From an uncultured delta proteobacterium (lineage in GTDB: Bacteria > Myxococcota > Myxococcia > Myxococcales > Myxococcaceae): a DNA stretch of 64,000 nt. Of this stretch, positions 39,276 to 50,690 are shown piece by piece. The DNA lies in contig CAVZMH010000022.1 of the NCBI GenBank assembly GCA_963776345.1, positions 384,001 to 448,000 on the forward strand, in the 5' to 3' direction. The notes under the pieces are model-generated. The model ran no database searches. It was not told the origin of the DNA and worked only from the letters and a program-made list of their open reading frames with translations. Made by a program: the position numbers and the translations under genes. Position 1 is the stretch's first letter; each line of letters starts with the position of its first letter.

Positions 39276-40238
39276 TCATCCGGCGGCGGCCACCTTGGTG
39301 GGCCCGGCCGCGGCGACCGGCGTCAACCAGTGCTCGAACCCCGGCCGCTGCCCCCGGGCCGCTGCGAAGTACGCACCCTGGAGCTTGCGAGTCACCGGGC
39401 CCATGCGGCCGGTGCCGATGGTGCGGAAGTCGATCTCCCGCAGGGCGACCACCTCGGCGGCGGTCCCGCACACGAAGACCTCGTCGGCCCCGTAGAGCTG
39501 GTCACGGGAGATGGGCTGCTTCACCACCTCGTGGCCCTGCTCGCGGGCCAGGCGGATGATCGAGTCCCGGGTGAGACCCTCCAGGATCGTGGCATCGGGC
39601 GGGGTGAGGAGCGCGCCGTCCTTGACCAGGAAGATGTTCTCCCCGGTGCACTCCGCCACCAGGCCCTGGGCATCGAGCATGATGGCCTCCTCGAACCCGA
39701 GCCGGAGCGACTCGGTCTTCGCCAGCACCGAGTTGGGGTAGTTCCCGCTGATCTTCGCCTTGGTCATCATCACGTTCGGATGGTGGCGGGTGAAGGAGGA
39801 GATGTTGGCCCGAACGCCGTTCTCCACCGCCTCCGCTCCGAGGTACGCCTTCCACTCCCAGACCGCGATCCCGAAGCGGGGCTTGCCCCCATCCATCGTG
39901 AGGTTCCAGCCGCCGTCCGACAGCCAGATCAGCGGGCGCACGTAGCACTCCTGGTAGCCGCTGGCCCGGATGGTCTCCAGGCACGCCTCGGTGAGCTCGG
40001 CGACTCCGTACGGGAGCTCGCGCCAGCCGAGCACCCGCGCCGAGTTGAGCAGCCGCGCCATGTGCTCGGGCAAGCGGAACACCGCCGGACCCCGCGGCGT
40101 GCGGTAGCAGCGGATGCCCTCGAAGACGGCGACGCCGTAGTGCAGCGCCGGGGTGAGAAAATCGATCTTGGCGTCCGCCGCCGCCACCAGCTTGCCGTCG
40201 AGCCACATCGGCGGCCTCTGCGCCTTCAACGTGTCCAC
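39276..40238 (-). CDS. ilvE: Branched-chain amino acid aminotransferase
   Basis: LHYGVAVFEG, AKISGNY, ECTGENIF, ILEGLTR, GTAAEV; GTG start with AGGAG RBS. Confidence 0.95.
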   Translation of the reverse strand: MDTLKAQRPPMWLDGKLVAAADAKIDFLTPALHYGVAVFEGIRCYRTPRGPAVFRLPEHMARLLNSARVLGWRELPYGVAELTEACLETIRASGYQECYVRPLIWLSDGGWNLTMDGGKPRFGIAVWEWKAYLGAEAVENGVRANISSFTRHHPNVMMTKAKISGNYPNSVLAKTESLRLGFEEAIMLDAQGLVAECTGENIFLVKDGALLTPPDATILEGLTRDSIIRLAREQGHEVVKQPISRDQLYGADEVFVCGTAAEVVALREIDFRTIGTGRMGPVTRKLQGAYFAAARGQRPGFEHWLTPVAAAGPTKVAAAG

Positions 40239-40296
40239 GTCCTCTCCTGTGCGTTCGCTTCGGTGATCACCTGCCACTCCGTCCCGGCGCTCCGGC

Positions 40297-41322
<1,026 letters not shown>

Positions 41323-43026
41323 TCACTGCTCCTTGGGGGTTGAAGGGTGTGGGGGGAGGGTGATCGCGCCCTCGGCCGCCGAGGTGACCAGCGCCGCGTA
41401 CTTGGCGAACACGCCCGAGGCGTAGCGTGGGGCCGGCGGCTTCCAGGCGCGCAGACGTGCCGCGATCTCCTCGGCGGGCAGCTCCACCCGGAGGGTGCGG
41501 GCGTTCACGTCGATCGCCACCAGGTCACCCTCGCGGATCGCGGCGATGGGACCGCCGGCAGCCGCTTCCGGAGCCACGTGGCCCGCCATCAGCCCGCGGG
41601 TGGCGCCGCTGAAGCGGCCGTCGGTGATCAGCGCGACGTGCTCGCCCAGGCCCTGGCCGACCAGCGCCGCGGTGACCCCGAGCATCTCCCGCATCCCCGG
41701 CCCGCCCCGGGGGCCCTCGTAGCGGATGACCACCACGTCGCCCTTGCGGATGCTCCCGCTGCGCACCGCGGCGAAGGCGTCCTCCTCGCGCTCGAACACC
41801 CGCGCCGGCCCGCGGTGCGAGGACCGCTCGTGTCCCGTCATCTTCACCACGCACCCCTCGGGCGCGAGGTTCCCGTGCAGGATGACCAGCCCGCCCGTGG
41901 GGCTCACCGGCTCCGAGAGCGGCCGCACCACCCGCTGGCCGGGAGCCTCCCGGGCTCCGGTGGCGTGCTCCGACCAGCGCCGGCCATCGACGGCCAGCGC
42001 CTCGCCGTCGAGCTTGCCGGCCTCGAGGAGGCGCTTGACGAGCAGCGGCACTCCGCCGGCCCGGTCCATGTCCACGGCGACGTACTTCCCGGCGGGCTTG
42101 AGATCGGCCAGGAGCGGGGTGCGCCGGCTGACCCGGTCGAAGTCGTCGATCGCCAGCGGGATGCCAGCCTCGCGGGCGAGCGCCAGCAGGTGCAGCACCG
42201 CGTTCGTCGAGCCGCCGGTCGCGGCGACCGCGGCGATGGCGTTCTCGAACGAGGCGCGGGTCAGGTGCTGGAGCGGCCGCGCGCCCGCCTTCAGCAGCTC
42301 GACCGCCAGCCCACCCGCCGCCCGCGTCGCCTGGTCCTTGCGCGGGTCCTCGGCGGGGATGGTCGCGTAACCGACGGGCGAGAGCCCGAGCACCTCCATG
42401 GCCAGCGCCATGGTGTTGGCCGTGTACTGACCGCCGCAGGCGCCGGCGCCCGGGCAGGCCGAGTCCTCCAGCGCCTGGAGCTGCGCCGCCGACATCCGGC
42501 CCGCGGCATGCGCCCCGACGCCCTCGAAGACGTCCTGGATGGTGACGTCGCGACCCTCGAACCGGCCGGGGCCGATCGAGCCGCCGTAGAGGACCAGCGA
42601 GGGCAGATCGAGCCGCAGGAGCGCCATTGCCGCGCCGGGGATGGTCTTGTCGCACCCGACCAGGGCCACCATCCCGTCGAACAGGTGGCCACGGCCGACC
42701 AGCTCGATGGAGTCGGCGATCACCTCGCGGCTGACCAGCGAGGCCTTCATCCCCTCGGTGCCCATGGTGACGCCGTCGCTGATGGCGATGGTGTCGAACT
42801 CCATCGGGGTCGCGCCGGCGGCACGGATGCCCTGCTTCACCTGCTCCGCCAGGCGGCGCAGATGGTGGTTGCAGGGCATGGTCTCGGTCCAGGTGTTCGC
42901 CACGCCGATCAGCGGGCGGGCCAGGTCCTCCGAGCTGAACCCGATGGCCTTGAGCATCGCCCGCGCGGGCGCCCGGTCGGGACCCTCGGTGAGCGCGCGG
43001 CTCCGGTGGCGCGGATCGCCCGGCAT
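41323..43026 (-). CDS. ilvD: Dihydroxy-acid dehydratase
   Basis: [38 protein letters not shown]. Confidence 0.96.
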   Translation of the reverse strand: MPGDPRHRSRALTEGPDRAPARAMLKAIGFSSEDLARPLIGVANTWTETMPCNHHLRRLAEQVKQGIRAAGATPMEFDTIAISDGVTMGTEGMKASLVSREVIADSIELVGRGHLFDGMVALVGCDKTIPGAAMALLRLDLPSLVLYGGSIGPGRFEGRDVTIQDVFEGVGAHAAGRMSAAQLQALEDSACPGAGACGGQYTANTMALAMEVLGLSPVGYATIPAEDPRKDQATRAAGGLAVELLKAGARPLQHLTRASFENAIAAVAATGGSTNAVLHLLALAREAGIPLAIDDFDRVSRRTPLLADLKPAGKYVAVDMDRAGGVPLLVKRLLEAGKLDGEALAVDGRRWSEHATGAREAPGQRVVRPLSEPVSPTGGLVILHGNLAPEGCVVKMTGHERSSHRGPARVFEREEDAFAAVRSGSIRKGDVVVIRYEGPRGGPGMREMLGVTAALVGQGLGEHVALITDGRFSGATRGLMAGHVAPEAAAGGPIAAIREGDLVAIDVNARTLRVELPAEEIAARLRAWKPPAPRYASGVFAKYAALVTSAAEGAITLPPHPSTPKEQ

Positions 43027-44132
43027 CAGTGCTCCTCCCTCCGGGTCTCCGCTCTCGCCCTCGCCGGCACGGTGCGGCGGAGCGCACGGAGCACCGCGCT
43101 GCCCGCCTCCTGCGTGGTGGCGGGATGCCGGCCTGGCCCGGCGACGTCCTCGGTCAGCACGCCCTCCTCGACCGCGGCGCCCACCGCGGCCTCCAGGGCC
43201 CACGCCGCCCCGGGCAGCCCGAGCGAGTGGCGGAGCATCATCGCCGCGCTGAGGATCGCCCCGTACGGATTGGCCACCCCGCGGCCGGCCAGGGCCGGCG
43301 CCGAGCCGTGGATCGGCTCGAAGAGCCCCCGCGGCCCGTCACCCAGCGAGGCCGAGGGCAGCATGCCGATGGAGCCTCCGAGCACGGCGGCCTCGTCGGT
43401 GAGCACGTCGCCGAAGAGGTTCTCGGTCACCACCACGTCGAAGGACCGGGGCGCACGGATGAGCTGCATCGCGCAGGAGTCGACCAGCTGGTGCTCGAGC
43501 TGCACGTCGGGGAACTCGTCCTCCACCACCCGGGTGGCCACCTCGCGCCAGAGCCGGGAGGTCTCGAGCACGTTGGCCTTGTCCACCGAGGTGAGCTTCC
43601 GGCGGCGCGCCCGGGCGTAGCCGGCCGCGGCGCGCACCACCCGCTCGACCTCACCCACCGTGTAGGAGCAGACGTCCTCGGCGCGGTCGCCCTCGCGCTT
43701 CTTGCTGCCGAAGTAGATGCCGCCGGTCAGCTCGCGGACCACGAGCAGGTCGACCCCCCGGAGCAGCTCGGGCCGGAGCGGCGAGCTGGGGACGATCTGC
43801 GGATGGATGGTCACCGGGCGCAGGTTGGCGAACAGCCCCAGCTCGCGGCGCAGCGCGAGGAGCCCCTGCTCCGGCCGGACCTTCGCCTCCGGCGGCCACT
43901 GGGGTCCGCCCACCGCCCCGAGCAGAACGGCGCTCGCAGAGCGGCAGAGGGCGAGCGTCTCCTCCGGAAGCGGCGAGCCGGTCTGATCGATCGCACATCC
44001 GCCGATGAGGCCCTCGCGCAGCTCGACCCTCGCCCCGTGCAGCGCTGCCGCCTCGACCAGCGCGCGCGCGGCGAGCTCGGTCACCTCGGGGCCGATCCCA
44101 TCCCCGCCCAGCACCGCGACCAGGTGGTTCAT
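43026..44132 (-). CDS. leuB: 3-isopropylmalate dehydrogenase
   Basis: [43 protein letters not shown]. Confidence 0.96.
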   Translation of the reverse strand: MNHLVAVLGGDGIGPEVTELAARALVEAAALHGARVELREGLIGGCAIDQTGSPLPEETLALCRSASAVLLGAVGGPQWPPEAKVRPEQGLLALRRELGLFANLRPVTIHPQIVPSSPLRPELLRGVDLLVVRELTGGIYFGSKKREGDRAEDVCSYTVGEVERVVRAAAGYARARRRKLTSVDKANVLETSRLWREVATRVVEDEFPDVQLEHQLVDSCAMQLIRAPRSFDVVVTENLFGDVLTDEAAVLGGSIGMLPSASLGDGPRGLFEPIHGSAPALAGRGVANPYGAILSAAMMLRHSLGLPGAAWALEAAVGAAVEEGVLTEDVAGPGRHPATTQEAGSAVLRALRRTVPARARAETRREEH

Positions 44133-44716
44133 GCCCCCTCCTCGCGGCGGCGGGCCTGCTCGTACGCGGTGATCGCCGGGGACTGGGCCAGCAGGAAGCC
44201 CAGCTCGTCCGTCCCGTCGAGCAGGCAGCGGCGGGCGAAGGGGTCGATCGAGAATCGCGCGCGGACGCCTGGCGCGGTGACCTCCTGCGCTTCCAGATCC
44301 ACCGTCATCTCGGCGAACGGCTGCGCCAGCAGCGCCCGGTGCGCCTCCTCGTCCACCACCGCGGGGACCAGCCCGTTCTTCACAGCGTTCGACCGGAAGA
44401 TGTCGGCGATCGACGCGCTGATCACCGCCCGGAAGCCGTGGTCCACCAGCGCCCACGGCGCGTGCTCGCGTGACGAGCCGCAGCCGAAGTTGGGACCGGC
44501 GACCAGGATGCGGGCGTCCTTGGCCCGCGGGTCGTTGAGCGGAAACTCCGGCCGCGGCGCTCCCTGCGCGTCGTACCGCCAGCCGGTGAAGAGAGAGCGT
44601 CCCAGGCCATCGCGGGTGGTCACCTTCAGGAACCGCGCGGGGATGATCTGGTCGGTGTCGATGTCCGCCCGGGACAGCACCACGGCCCGGGAGGTGAGGG
44701 TGTGAAAGGGTTCCAT
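44129..44716 (-). CDS. leuD: Isopropylmalate isomerase small subunit
   Basis: DTDQIIPARFL, NFGCGSSREHA. Confidence 0.96.
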   Translation of the reverse strand: MEPFHTLTSRAVVLSRADIDTDQIIPARFLKVTTRDGLGRSLFTGWRYDAQGAPRPEFPLNDPRAKDARILVAGPNFGCGSSREHAPWALVDHGFRAVISASIADIFRSNAVKNGLVPAVVDEEAHRALLAQPFAEMTVDLEAQEVTAPGVRARFSIDPFARRCLLDGTDELGFLLAQSPAITAYEQARRREEGA

Positions 44717-46173
44717 CAGCTCCTCCCCTCCGCCCGGGCGTCCACCAGGCCGCGGGGATCGGCCAGCGCGCCGGCGATGGCGGCGGCGGCGGCGGTGAGG
44801 GGGCTGGCCAGGAAGGTGCGCGCCCCCGGACCCTGGCGGCCCTCGAAGTTGCGGTTGGAGGTGCTCACCGCGGACTTCCCCGGTCCGACCTGGTCCCCGT
44901 TCATGCCGATGCACATCGAGCAGCCCGGCTCGCGCCACTCGGCCCCGGCCTCGAGGAACACCCGGTGGAGCCCCTCGGCCTCCGCGGCGCGCTTCACCTC
45001 GCGCGAGCCGGGCACCACCAGGGCGCGCACGCCCTCCGCCACCTTTCGCCCGCGGAGCACCGACGCGGCGGCCCGGAGGTCCGAGAGCCGGCCGTTGGTG
45101 CACGAGCCGATGAACACCACGTCGATCGGGTGCCCCTGCAGGGGCTGGCCGGGCCGGAGGCCCATGTACCGGAGCGCCGACTCCAGCGCGCGGCGGGCGG
45201 CCGGCTCGCGTTCGCGGTCCGGCTCGGGCACCCGGCCAGACACCGGCGCCGACATGCCGGGGTTGGTGCCGAAGGTGACGGTGGGCTCGAGCGCCGAGGC
45301 GTCGATGTCCACCGCCGCATCGAACCGCGCCCCGGGGTCGGTGCGCAGCGCGCGCCAGCGCGCCAGCGCGGGTTCCCAGGCCGGGCCCTTCGGCGAGCGC
45401 GGCCTCCGGTGCAGGTATTCGAAGGTGGTGTCGTCCGGGGCGATCAGGCCCGCGCGGGCGCCGGCCTCGATGGACATGTTGCAGAGGGTCATCCGCGCAT
45501 CCATGGAGAGCGCGCGGATGGCCTCACCCGAGTACTCGAGGACGTGACCCGTTCCGCCCGAGACGCCGAGACGGTGAATGATCGCCAGCACCAGGTCCTT
45601 GGCGGTGACGCAGGGCCCGAGCCGGCCGTTCACCCGCACCTCCAAGGACCTCGGCCTCCGCTGGAGCAGGCACTGCGTGGCGAGCACGTGCGCCACCTCG
45701 CTGGTGCCGATGCCGAAGGCGAACGCCCCGAACGCGCCGTGGGTGCTGGTGTGGCTGTCCCCGCAGACCACCGTGCGCCCCGGCTGGGTCAGGCCCAGCT
45801 CGGGCCCGATGACGTGGACGATGCCCTGGTGGTCCGAGCCGAGCGGATGCAGCTCGATCCCGAAGTGGCGACAGTTCCGCTCCAGGGCCTCCAGCTGGGT
45901 CCGGCACTCCGGATCGGTGATCTCCACCTCGCCAGCCGGGCCCGCGGGAGTGGTGGGCGTCGAGTGGTCCATCGTGGCCAGAGTCAGGTCTGGACGGCGC
46001 ACCCGCAGGCCGCGCTCGGCCAGCACCGCGAAGGCCTGGGGGGAGGTGACCTCGTGGACCAGGTGCAGGTCGACGAAGAGCACCGCGGGCGTCTCGGCCG
46101 TCTCGGGGCGGACCAGGTGGCCCTCCCAGATGCGGTCGAAGAGGGTCCGCGGCACTGGCTCAGACTGCGCCAC
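44716..46173 (-). CDS. leuC: Isopropylmalate isomerase large subunit
   Basis: [40 protein letters not shown]. Confidence 0.97.
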   Translation of the reverse strand: MAQSEPVPRTLFDRIWEGHLVRPETAETPAVLFVDLHLVHEVTSPQAFAVLAERGLRVRRPDLTLATMDHSTPTTPAGPAGEVEITDPECRTQLEALERNCRHFGIELHPLGSDHQGIVHVIGPELGLTQPGRTVVCGDSHTSTHGAFGAFAFGIGTSEVAHVLATQCLLQRRPRSLEVRVNGRLGPCVTAKDLVLAIIHRLGVSGGTGHVLEYSGEAIRALSMDARMTLCNMSIEAGARAGLIAPDDTTFEYLHRRPRSPKGPAWEPALARWRALRTDPGARFDAAVDIDASALEPTVTFGTNPGMSAPVSGRVPEPDREREPAARRALESALRYMGLRPGQPLQGHPIDVVFIGSCTNGRLSDLRAAASVLRGRKVAEGVRALVVPGSREVKRAAEAEGLHRVFLEAGAEWREPGCSMCIGMNGDQVGPGKSAVSTSNRNFEGRQGPGARTFLASPLTAAAAAIAGALADPRGLVDARAEGRS

Positions 46174-47737
46174 AGGTGACCTCGGGGATGGCGGGGCTCC
46201 GCCGCGGCAGCCGTCCGGCGGCGATGCGGTTCACCACCTCGAGGTAGGCGAGCGCGCTGGCGACGACGATGTCGGTGTCCACCGCCCGACCGCGGAACTG
46301 CCGGCCCTCCGACTCGACGTCCACCGTGGCCTCGCCCTGAGCGTCCTCCCCGGCGCTGACGCTGGAGATCCGGAAGTCCCGGAGCCTGGCGTTCACCCCG
46401 GTGATCCGGTCGATGCACTTGAAGACCGCGTCCACCGGCCCGTCTCCGGTGGCGGCCTCCTCCACCGTGCGCCCGCCGCGCCGCTGGAGGCGTACCGCGG
46501 CGCTCGGCGGGGTCCCGGTGCCCGAGGCGGCGGTGAGGCTCACCAGCGTCCAGCTGCCCGCGGAGGTCTGGTGGAAGAGGCTCACCAGCAACGCCTCGAG
46601 GTCGCCGTCGTAGATCTCCTTCTTCTTGTCGGCGAGCTTCTTCAGCTCCTCGAACACCTGGTCGATCTGCGCCGGCTCCAGCTCGTAGCCGAGGTCGCGG
46701 AGGCGGGTGGCCAGGGCGTGCCGGCCGCTGTGCTTCCCGAGGACCAGGCTGGTGCTCTTGAAGCCCACGTCCTCCGGCCGCATGACCTCGTAGGTCAGCG
46801 GGAACTCGATCATCCCGTGCTGGTGGATGCCCGACTCGTGCGCGAAGGCGTTCTGCCCCACCACGGCCTTGTTCCGCGCGACCTGGAAGCCGGTGGCCGC
46901 GGCGACGACGCGGCTGGCGTTGCAGAGCTGCTGGGTCCGGATGCCGGTCTGCAGATGGAGGTAGTCGGCCCGGGTGCGCAGGGCCATCACCACCTCCTCC
47001 AGCGAGCAGTTCCCGGCGCGCTCGCCGATGCCGTTCACCGTGCACTCCACCTGCCGCGCCCCGGCCTGCAAGGCGGCCAGGCTGTTGGCCACCGCCAGGC
47101 CCAGGTCGTCGTGGCAGTGGACGCTGAGGACCACCTTGTCGATCCCCCGCACCGTGTGTCTCAGGAAAGCGATCAGCTCGGCGAACTGCGCGGGCACGGC
47201 GTAGCCCACGGTGTCGGGGATGTTGATGGTCGTGGCGCCGGCCTCGATGACCCGCTCCACCACCTCGGCCAGGAACTCCGGCTCGGTCCGGGCGGCGTCC
47301 TCGGCCGAGAACTCGACGTCCTCGCACCGGGACCGGGCGTACTCGACGCTGCTGGTGGCCAGCCGAAGCACGTCGTCGCGCGACATCTTCAGCTTGTGCT
47401 GCCGGTGGATGGGGCTGGTGGCCAGGAAGACGTGGACCCGGGGTCGCTTCGCCTCTGCCAGCGCCTCCACGGCCCGATCGATGTCGCCCCGGCTGGCGCG
47501 GGCCAGCGCCGCCACGGTGGGCCCCTCGAGCGCGCGGGCCACGGCCTGCACCGCCTCGAAGTCCCCCGGGGAGGCCACCGGGAACCCGGCCTCGATCACG
47601 TCGACACCCAGGTGCCCCAGCACCTTCGCCACCTGCAGCTTCTGGCCCAGGTTCATGCTCGCCCCGGGCGCCTGCTCGCCGTCGCGCAGTGTGGTGTCGA
47701 AGACGATGACCCGTTCGGTTCCGCTGCCGTTGTTCAT
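46160..47737 (-). CDS. leuA: 2-isopropylmalate synthase
   Basis: [38 protein letters not shown]; regulatory domain GDGPVDA. Confidence 0.97.
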   Translation of the reverse strand: MNNGSGTERVIVFDTTLRDGEQAPGASMNLGQKLQVAKVLGHLGVDVIEAGFPVASPGDFEAVQAVARALEGPTVAALARASRGDIDRAVEALAEAKRPRVHVFLATSPIHRQHKLKMSRDDVLRLATSSVEYARSRCEDVEFSAEDAARTEPEFLAEVVERVIEAGATTINIPDTVGYAVPAQFAELIAFLRHTVRGIDKVVLSVHCHDDLGLAVANSLAALQAGARQVECTVNGIGERAGNCSLEEVVMALRTRADYLHLQTGIRTQQLCNASRVVAAATGFQVARNKAVVGQNAFAHESGIHQHGMIEFPLTYEVMRPEDVGFKSTSLVLGKHSGRHALATRLRDLGYELEPAQIDQVFEELKKLADKKKEIYDGDLEALLVSLFHQTSAGSWTLVSLTAASGTGTPPSAAVRLQRRGGRTVEEAATGDGPVDAVFKCIDRITGVNARLRDFRISSVSAGEDAQGEATVDVESEGRQFRGRAVDTDIVVASALAYLEVVNRIAAGRLPRRSPAIPEVTCGAV

Positions 47738-47798
47738 GCTGGTGTCTCCTCGAATCGTGGTGGCGCGCTGGCGCGCGTGGTGTGTCCTGTCCCCGCCC

Positions 47799-48359
47799 TC
47801 AGGCGGCGAGCTCGCCCTCGGAAGCTCCCGCCGCGCCCCGCGTCGCGGCGCCCCGGGCCATCGCCACGGCCCCGGTGCGGACCATCTCCGCGATCCCGAA
47901 CGGCCGGAGCAGCTCGATCAGCCCGTCGAGCTTCTCGGGCGTGCCGGTGATCTCCGCGGTGAGCGACTCGGGCGCGACGTCCACCACCCGGGCACGGAAG
48001 GCCTCGCAGAGCTGGAGGATCTCCCCGCGCCGCTCGGCGCCCGCGCGCACCTTGACGAAGGCCATCTCCCGCGAGACGGCGGGCGAGTGGGTCACGTCGT
48101 GGACCTCCAGCACGTTGACCAGCTTGTAGAGGTTGGCTTCCAGCCGCTGGGCGGTGTCCTCGTCGGACTGCACTACCAGGGTGATCCGCGAGATCCCGGC
48201 CCGTTCGGTGCGGCCGACGGTGAGGGAGTCGATGTTGAAGCCGCGGCGCCGGAACAGCGACACCACCCGGTTCAGCGTCCCGGGCCGGTCCTCGACATGG
48301 ACGATGAAGGTCCGGGCGATGCGCCGCCCGGTGGGGGCGAAGGCGGAGTCATGGCTCAT
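47799..48359 (-). CDS. ilvN: Acetolactate synthase small subunit
   Basis: GTLNRVVSLFRRRGFNIDSL, EMVRTG..AMARG. Confidence 0.95.
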   Translation of the reverse strand: MSHDSAFAPTGRRIARTFIVHVEDRPGTLNRVVSLFRRRGFNIDSLTVGRTERAGISRITLVVQSDEDTAQRLEANLYKLVNVLEVHDVTHSPAVSREMAFVKVRAGAERRGEILQLCEAFRARVVDVAPESLTAEITGTPEKLDGLIELLRPFGIAEMVRTGAVAMARGAATRGAAGASEGELAA

Positions 48360-50115
48360 GGATGCTCTCCTCGATTCGCGACGGACGGCGGATCATCGCG
48401 TGGAGGTCGGCATTGGCCGGAACCATCGGGTAGACCGCCTCCTCGCCTTCCACGCAGAACTCGATCACGGCGGTGCCCGGGGCGTTCCGCGCCGTCTCCA
48501 CCGCGGCGGGGATCTCCTCGCGGCGGGTCACGCGCAGCGCGGTCAGCCCGTGCGCCTCGACCAGCTTGACGAAGTCCGGGCTCTTCAGCGGCGTGGCCAC
48601 GTACCGGCCGCCGTAGAAGAACTCCTGCCACTGGCGGACCATGCCCAGGTAGCCGTTGTTGATCAGGGCCACGTTCACCTTGATCCCTTCCTGCGCGCAG
48701 GTGATGAGCTCGCAGGCGGTCATCTGGAATCCGCCGTCACCGGCCACCACCCAGATCTCGTCCGCCGGTCGGGCGAAGCGAGCGCCCATCGCCGCGGGCA
48801 GGGCGAAGCCCATGGTGCCCAGGCCGCCGGAGGTGATCAGCGAGCGCGGCCGCTCGTGGCGGTAGTACTGCGCCTCCCACATCTGGTGCTGGCCGACGTC
48901 GGTGACCACCAGCGCCTCGCCCCGGGTGAGGTGCCAGAGGTCGTGCAGCACGTGGGGGGCGCGGAGCCGGCCCTCGTGGGGGATGCCCTGGACGTCGCGG
49001 GACGCCGAGTCCCCGCGGAACTCGGCGATCCGCGCGCGCCACTCGCCGTGCTCTCGAGTCTTCACCGCCGGGATCAGCCGCTCGAGCGACCGGCGCACGT
49101 CGCCGATCAGCGCCACGTCGGCCTTGACGTTCTTGTTGACCTCGGCCGGGTCGATCTCCAGATGGATCTTCCTGGCGGTGACCGCGAAGTTCTTGAGGTT
49201 GCCGGTGACGCGGTCGTCGAACCGCATGCCGGCGGCGATGAGAAGGTCCGACTCCTGCACCGCCTGGTTCACCCAGGCCTCGCCGTGCATGCCCATCATC
49301 CCCAGGCTGAGCGGGTGCGAGGCGGGGAAGGCGCCGAGCCCGAGGAGGGTGGAGGCCACCGGGACCCCGGCCTTCTCGGCGAAGCGCAGGAGCTGCTCGC
49401 TCGCGTTCGCCTTGATGACCCCGTGCCCGCAGAGGATCAGCGGACGCTTGGCCCCGTCGATCAGGCCGGCCGCCCGCTCGATCTGCTCGTGGCCCAGCCG
49501 GTGCACCGGGCGCACGCCGGGGAGGCGCACCGGCTCGTCGCTCCAGCGGAAGGGAGCGGTTCCCTGCTGCGCGTCCTTGGTGATGTCCACCAGCACCGGC
49601 CCGGGACGGCCCGAGCGGGCCACCTCGAACGCCTCGCGCAGCGTGTCCGCCAGCTCCTCGGCCCGGGTGACCACGTAGTTGTGCTTGGTGATCGGCAGGG
49701 TGATGCCGGTGATGTCGATCTCCTGGAACGCGTCGCTCCCCAGCAGGGCGGAGGAGACTTGCCCGGTGATGCAGACGATGGGAGACGAGTCGAGCATCGC
49801 CGTGGCGATGCCGGTCACCAGATTGGTCGCCCCGGGTCCCGAGGTGGCGACGCAGACCCCGACCTTGCCCGAGGCGCGCGCGTAGCCGTCGGCCATGTGG
49901 GCCGCGCCTTGCTCGTGCCGGACGAGGACGTGATGGATGCGGCTCGCCGGCAGCGCGTCGTACGCCGGCATGATCGCGCCGCCGGGGTAGCCGAAGACGA
50001 CCTCGACGCCCTCGCGCGCCAGGACCTCCCAGAGGATCTGCGCGCCGGTCATCCGCGCGGGGGTGGTTGCGGGGAGGGCCCTCCGCCACTGCTCCTGTGT
50101 CTCGGCAACATCCAT
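48349..50115 (-). CDS. ilvB: Acetolactate synthase large subunit
   Basis: FGYPGGA, RHEQGA, TSGPGATN, RFDDRVTG, DVGQHQMW, GDGG...NNGYLGMVRQWQ. Confidence 0.97.
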   Translation of the reverse strand: MDVAETQEQWRRALPATTPARMTGAQILWEVLAREGVEVVFGYPGGAIMPAYDALPASRIHHVLVRHEQGAAHMADGYARASGKVGVCVATSGPGATNLVTGIATAMLDSSPIVCITGQVSSALLGSDAFQEIDITGITLPITKHNYVVTRAEELADTLREAFEVARSGRPGPVLVDITKDAQQGTAPFRWSDEPVRLPGVRPVHRLGHEQIERAAGLIDGAKRPLILCGHGVIKANASEQLLRFAEKAGVPVASTLLGLGAFPASHPLSLGMMGMHGEAWVNQAVQESDLLIAAGMRFDDRVTGNLKNFAVTARKIHLEIDPAEVNKNVKADVALIGDVRRSLERLIPAVKTREHGEWRARIAEFRGDSASRDVQGIPHEGRLRAPHVLHDLWHLTRGEALVVTDVGQHQMWEAQYYRHERPRSLITSGGLGTMGFALPAAMGARFARPADEIWVVAGDGGFQMTACELITCAQEGIKVNVALINNGYLGMVRQWQEFFYGGRYVATPLKSPDFVKLVEAHGLTALRVTRREEIPAAVETARNAPGTAVIEFCVEGEEAVYPMVPANADLHAMIRRPSRIEESIHEP

Positions 50116-50142
50116 CGACTGCCTCGTGATTCGCGTGCTCCG

Positions 50143-50181
50143 AAAACGAAAAAGCCCCCGCACCGGGTTGGGTGCGGGGGC
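50143..50181 (-). terminator. Intrinsic terminator of the ilv-leu attenuator
   Basis: Minus strand GCCCCCGCACC-CAACCC-GGTGCGGGGGC (11-bp stem) followed by TTTTTCGTTTT, upstream of ilvB. Confidence 0.9.
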
Positions 50182-50206
50182 CAGGTCCTGACGAATCGTG
50201 CTTCGG

Positions 50207-50371
50207 TCAGGTCGGCGGCCCGCACCCCGCGGAAATCAGGGGCAGCAGGACCAGGCCCAGCAGCAGGCCGACGACCGCAACGGAGGAGAGGACGGACGAG
50301 CGAGGAGCTGAGGGCAGCCGCGGCGCGAGGTCGGTCGCGCGGGCGCTGGCTGCGGTGAGCTCCGACGTCAT
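50207..50371 (-). CDS. ilv-leu operon leader peptide (54 aa)
   Basis: MTSELTAASARATDLAPRLPSAPRSSVLSSVAVVGLLLGLVLLPLISAGCGPPT; 14 of 20 consecutive codons are Val/Leu/Ile. Confidence 0.8.
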   Translation of the reverse strand: MTSELTAASARATDLAPRLPSAPRSSVLSSVAVVGLLLGLVLLPLISAGCGPPT

Positions 50372-50380
50372 GGGCCGCGA

Positions 50381-50409
50381 AGAATCGCCAACCTGAAGCA
50401 GCGTGTCAA
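50381..50409 (-). promoter_or_regulatory. Sigma70-type promoter of the ilv-leu leader
   Basis: TTGACA (50409-50404), 17 nt spacer, GATTCT (50386-50381); AT-rich tract upstream. Confidence 0.7.
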
Positions 50410-50690
50410 ATCCCCCCACGCGATAAATGAAATTGTTCGGGAAAGTTCAGGAGCAGCGGGAGGGGCCTGGGAACTCCGGGCGCGAGCGCGGGGAGCGGCC
50501 GGGCAAGCCCGTTCCAGTGCGGCTGCGGCGGAAACTTCGCGCGGGGCGTGCGACGCGCTTGCCGGAAGGCGCGCGCCGCCGATCGCCGGTTGACCGCGAG
50601 GCCTCAGGCGATCGACACCATGTCTCGCGGCGGGACGCCGGCGCGGTCCCGGACCCTTGTCCTGGATGGACGAGGGAGGCGTGGGACGAG

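Noticed and set aside
50207..50371. Leader ORF as a tiny lipoprotein (hydrophobic stretch + ISAGC)
   Set aside because: Only four residues follow the Cys, and the RNA pairing and position fit an attenuator better.
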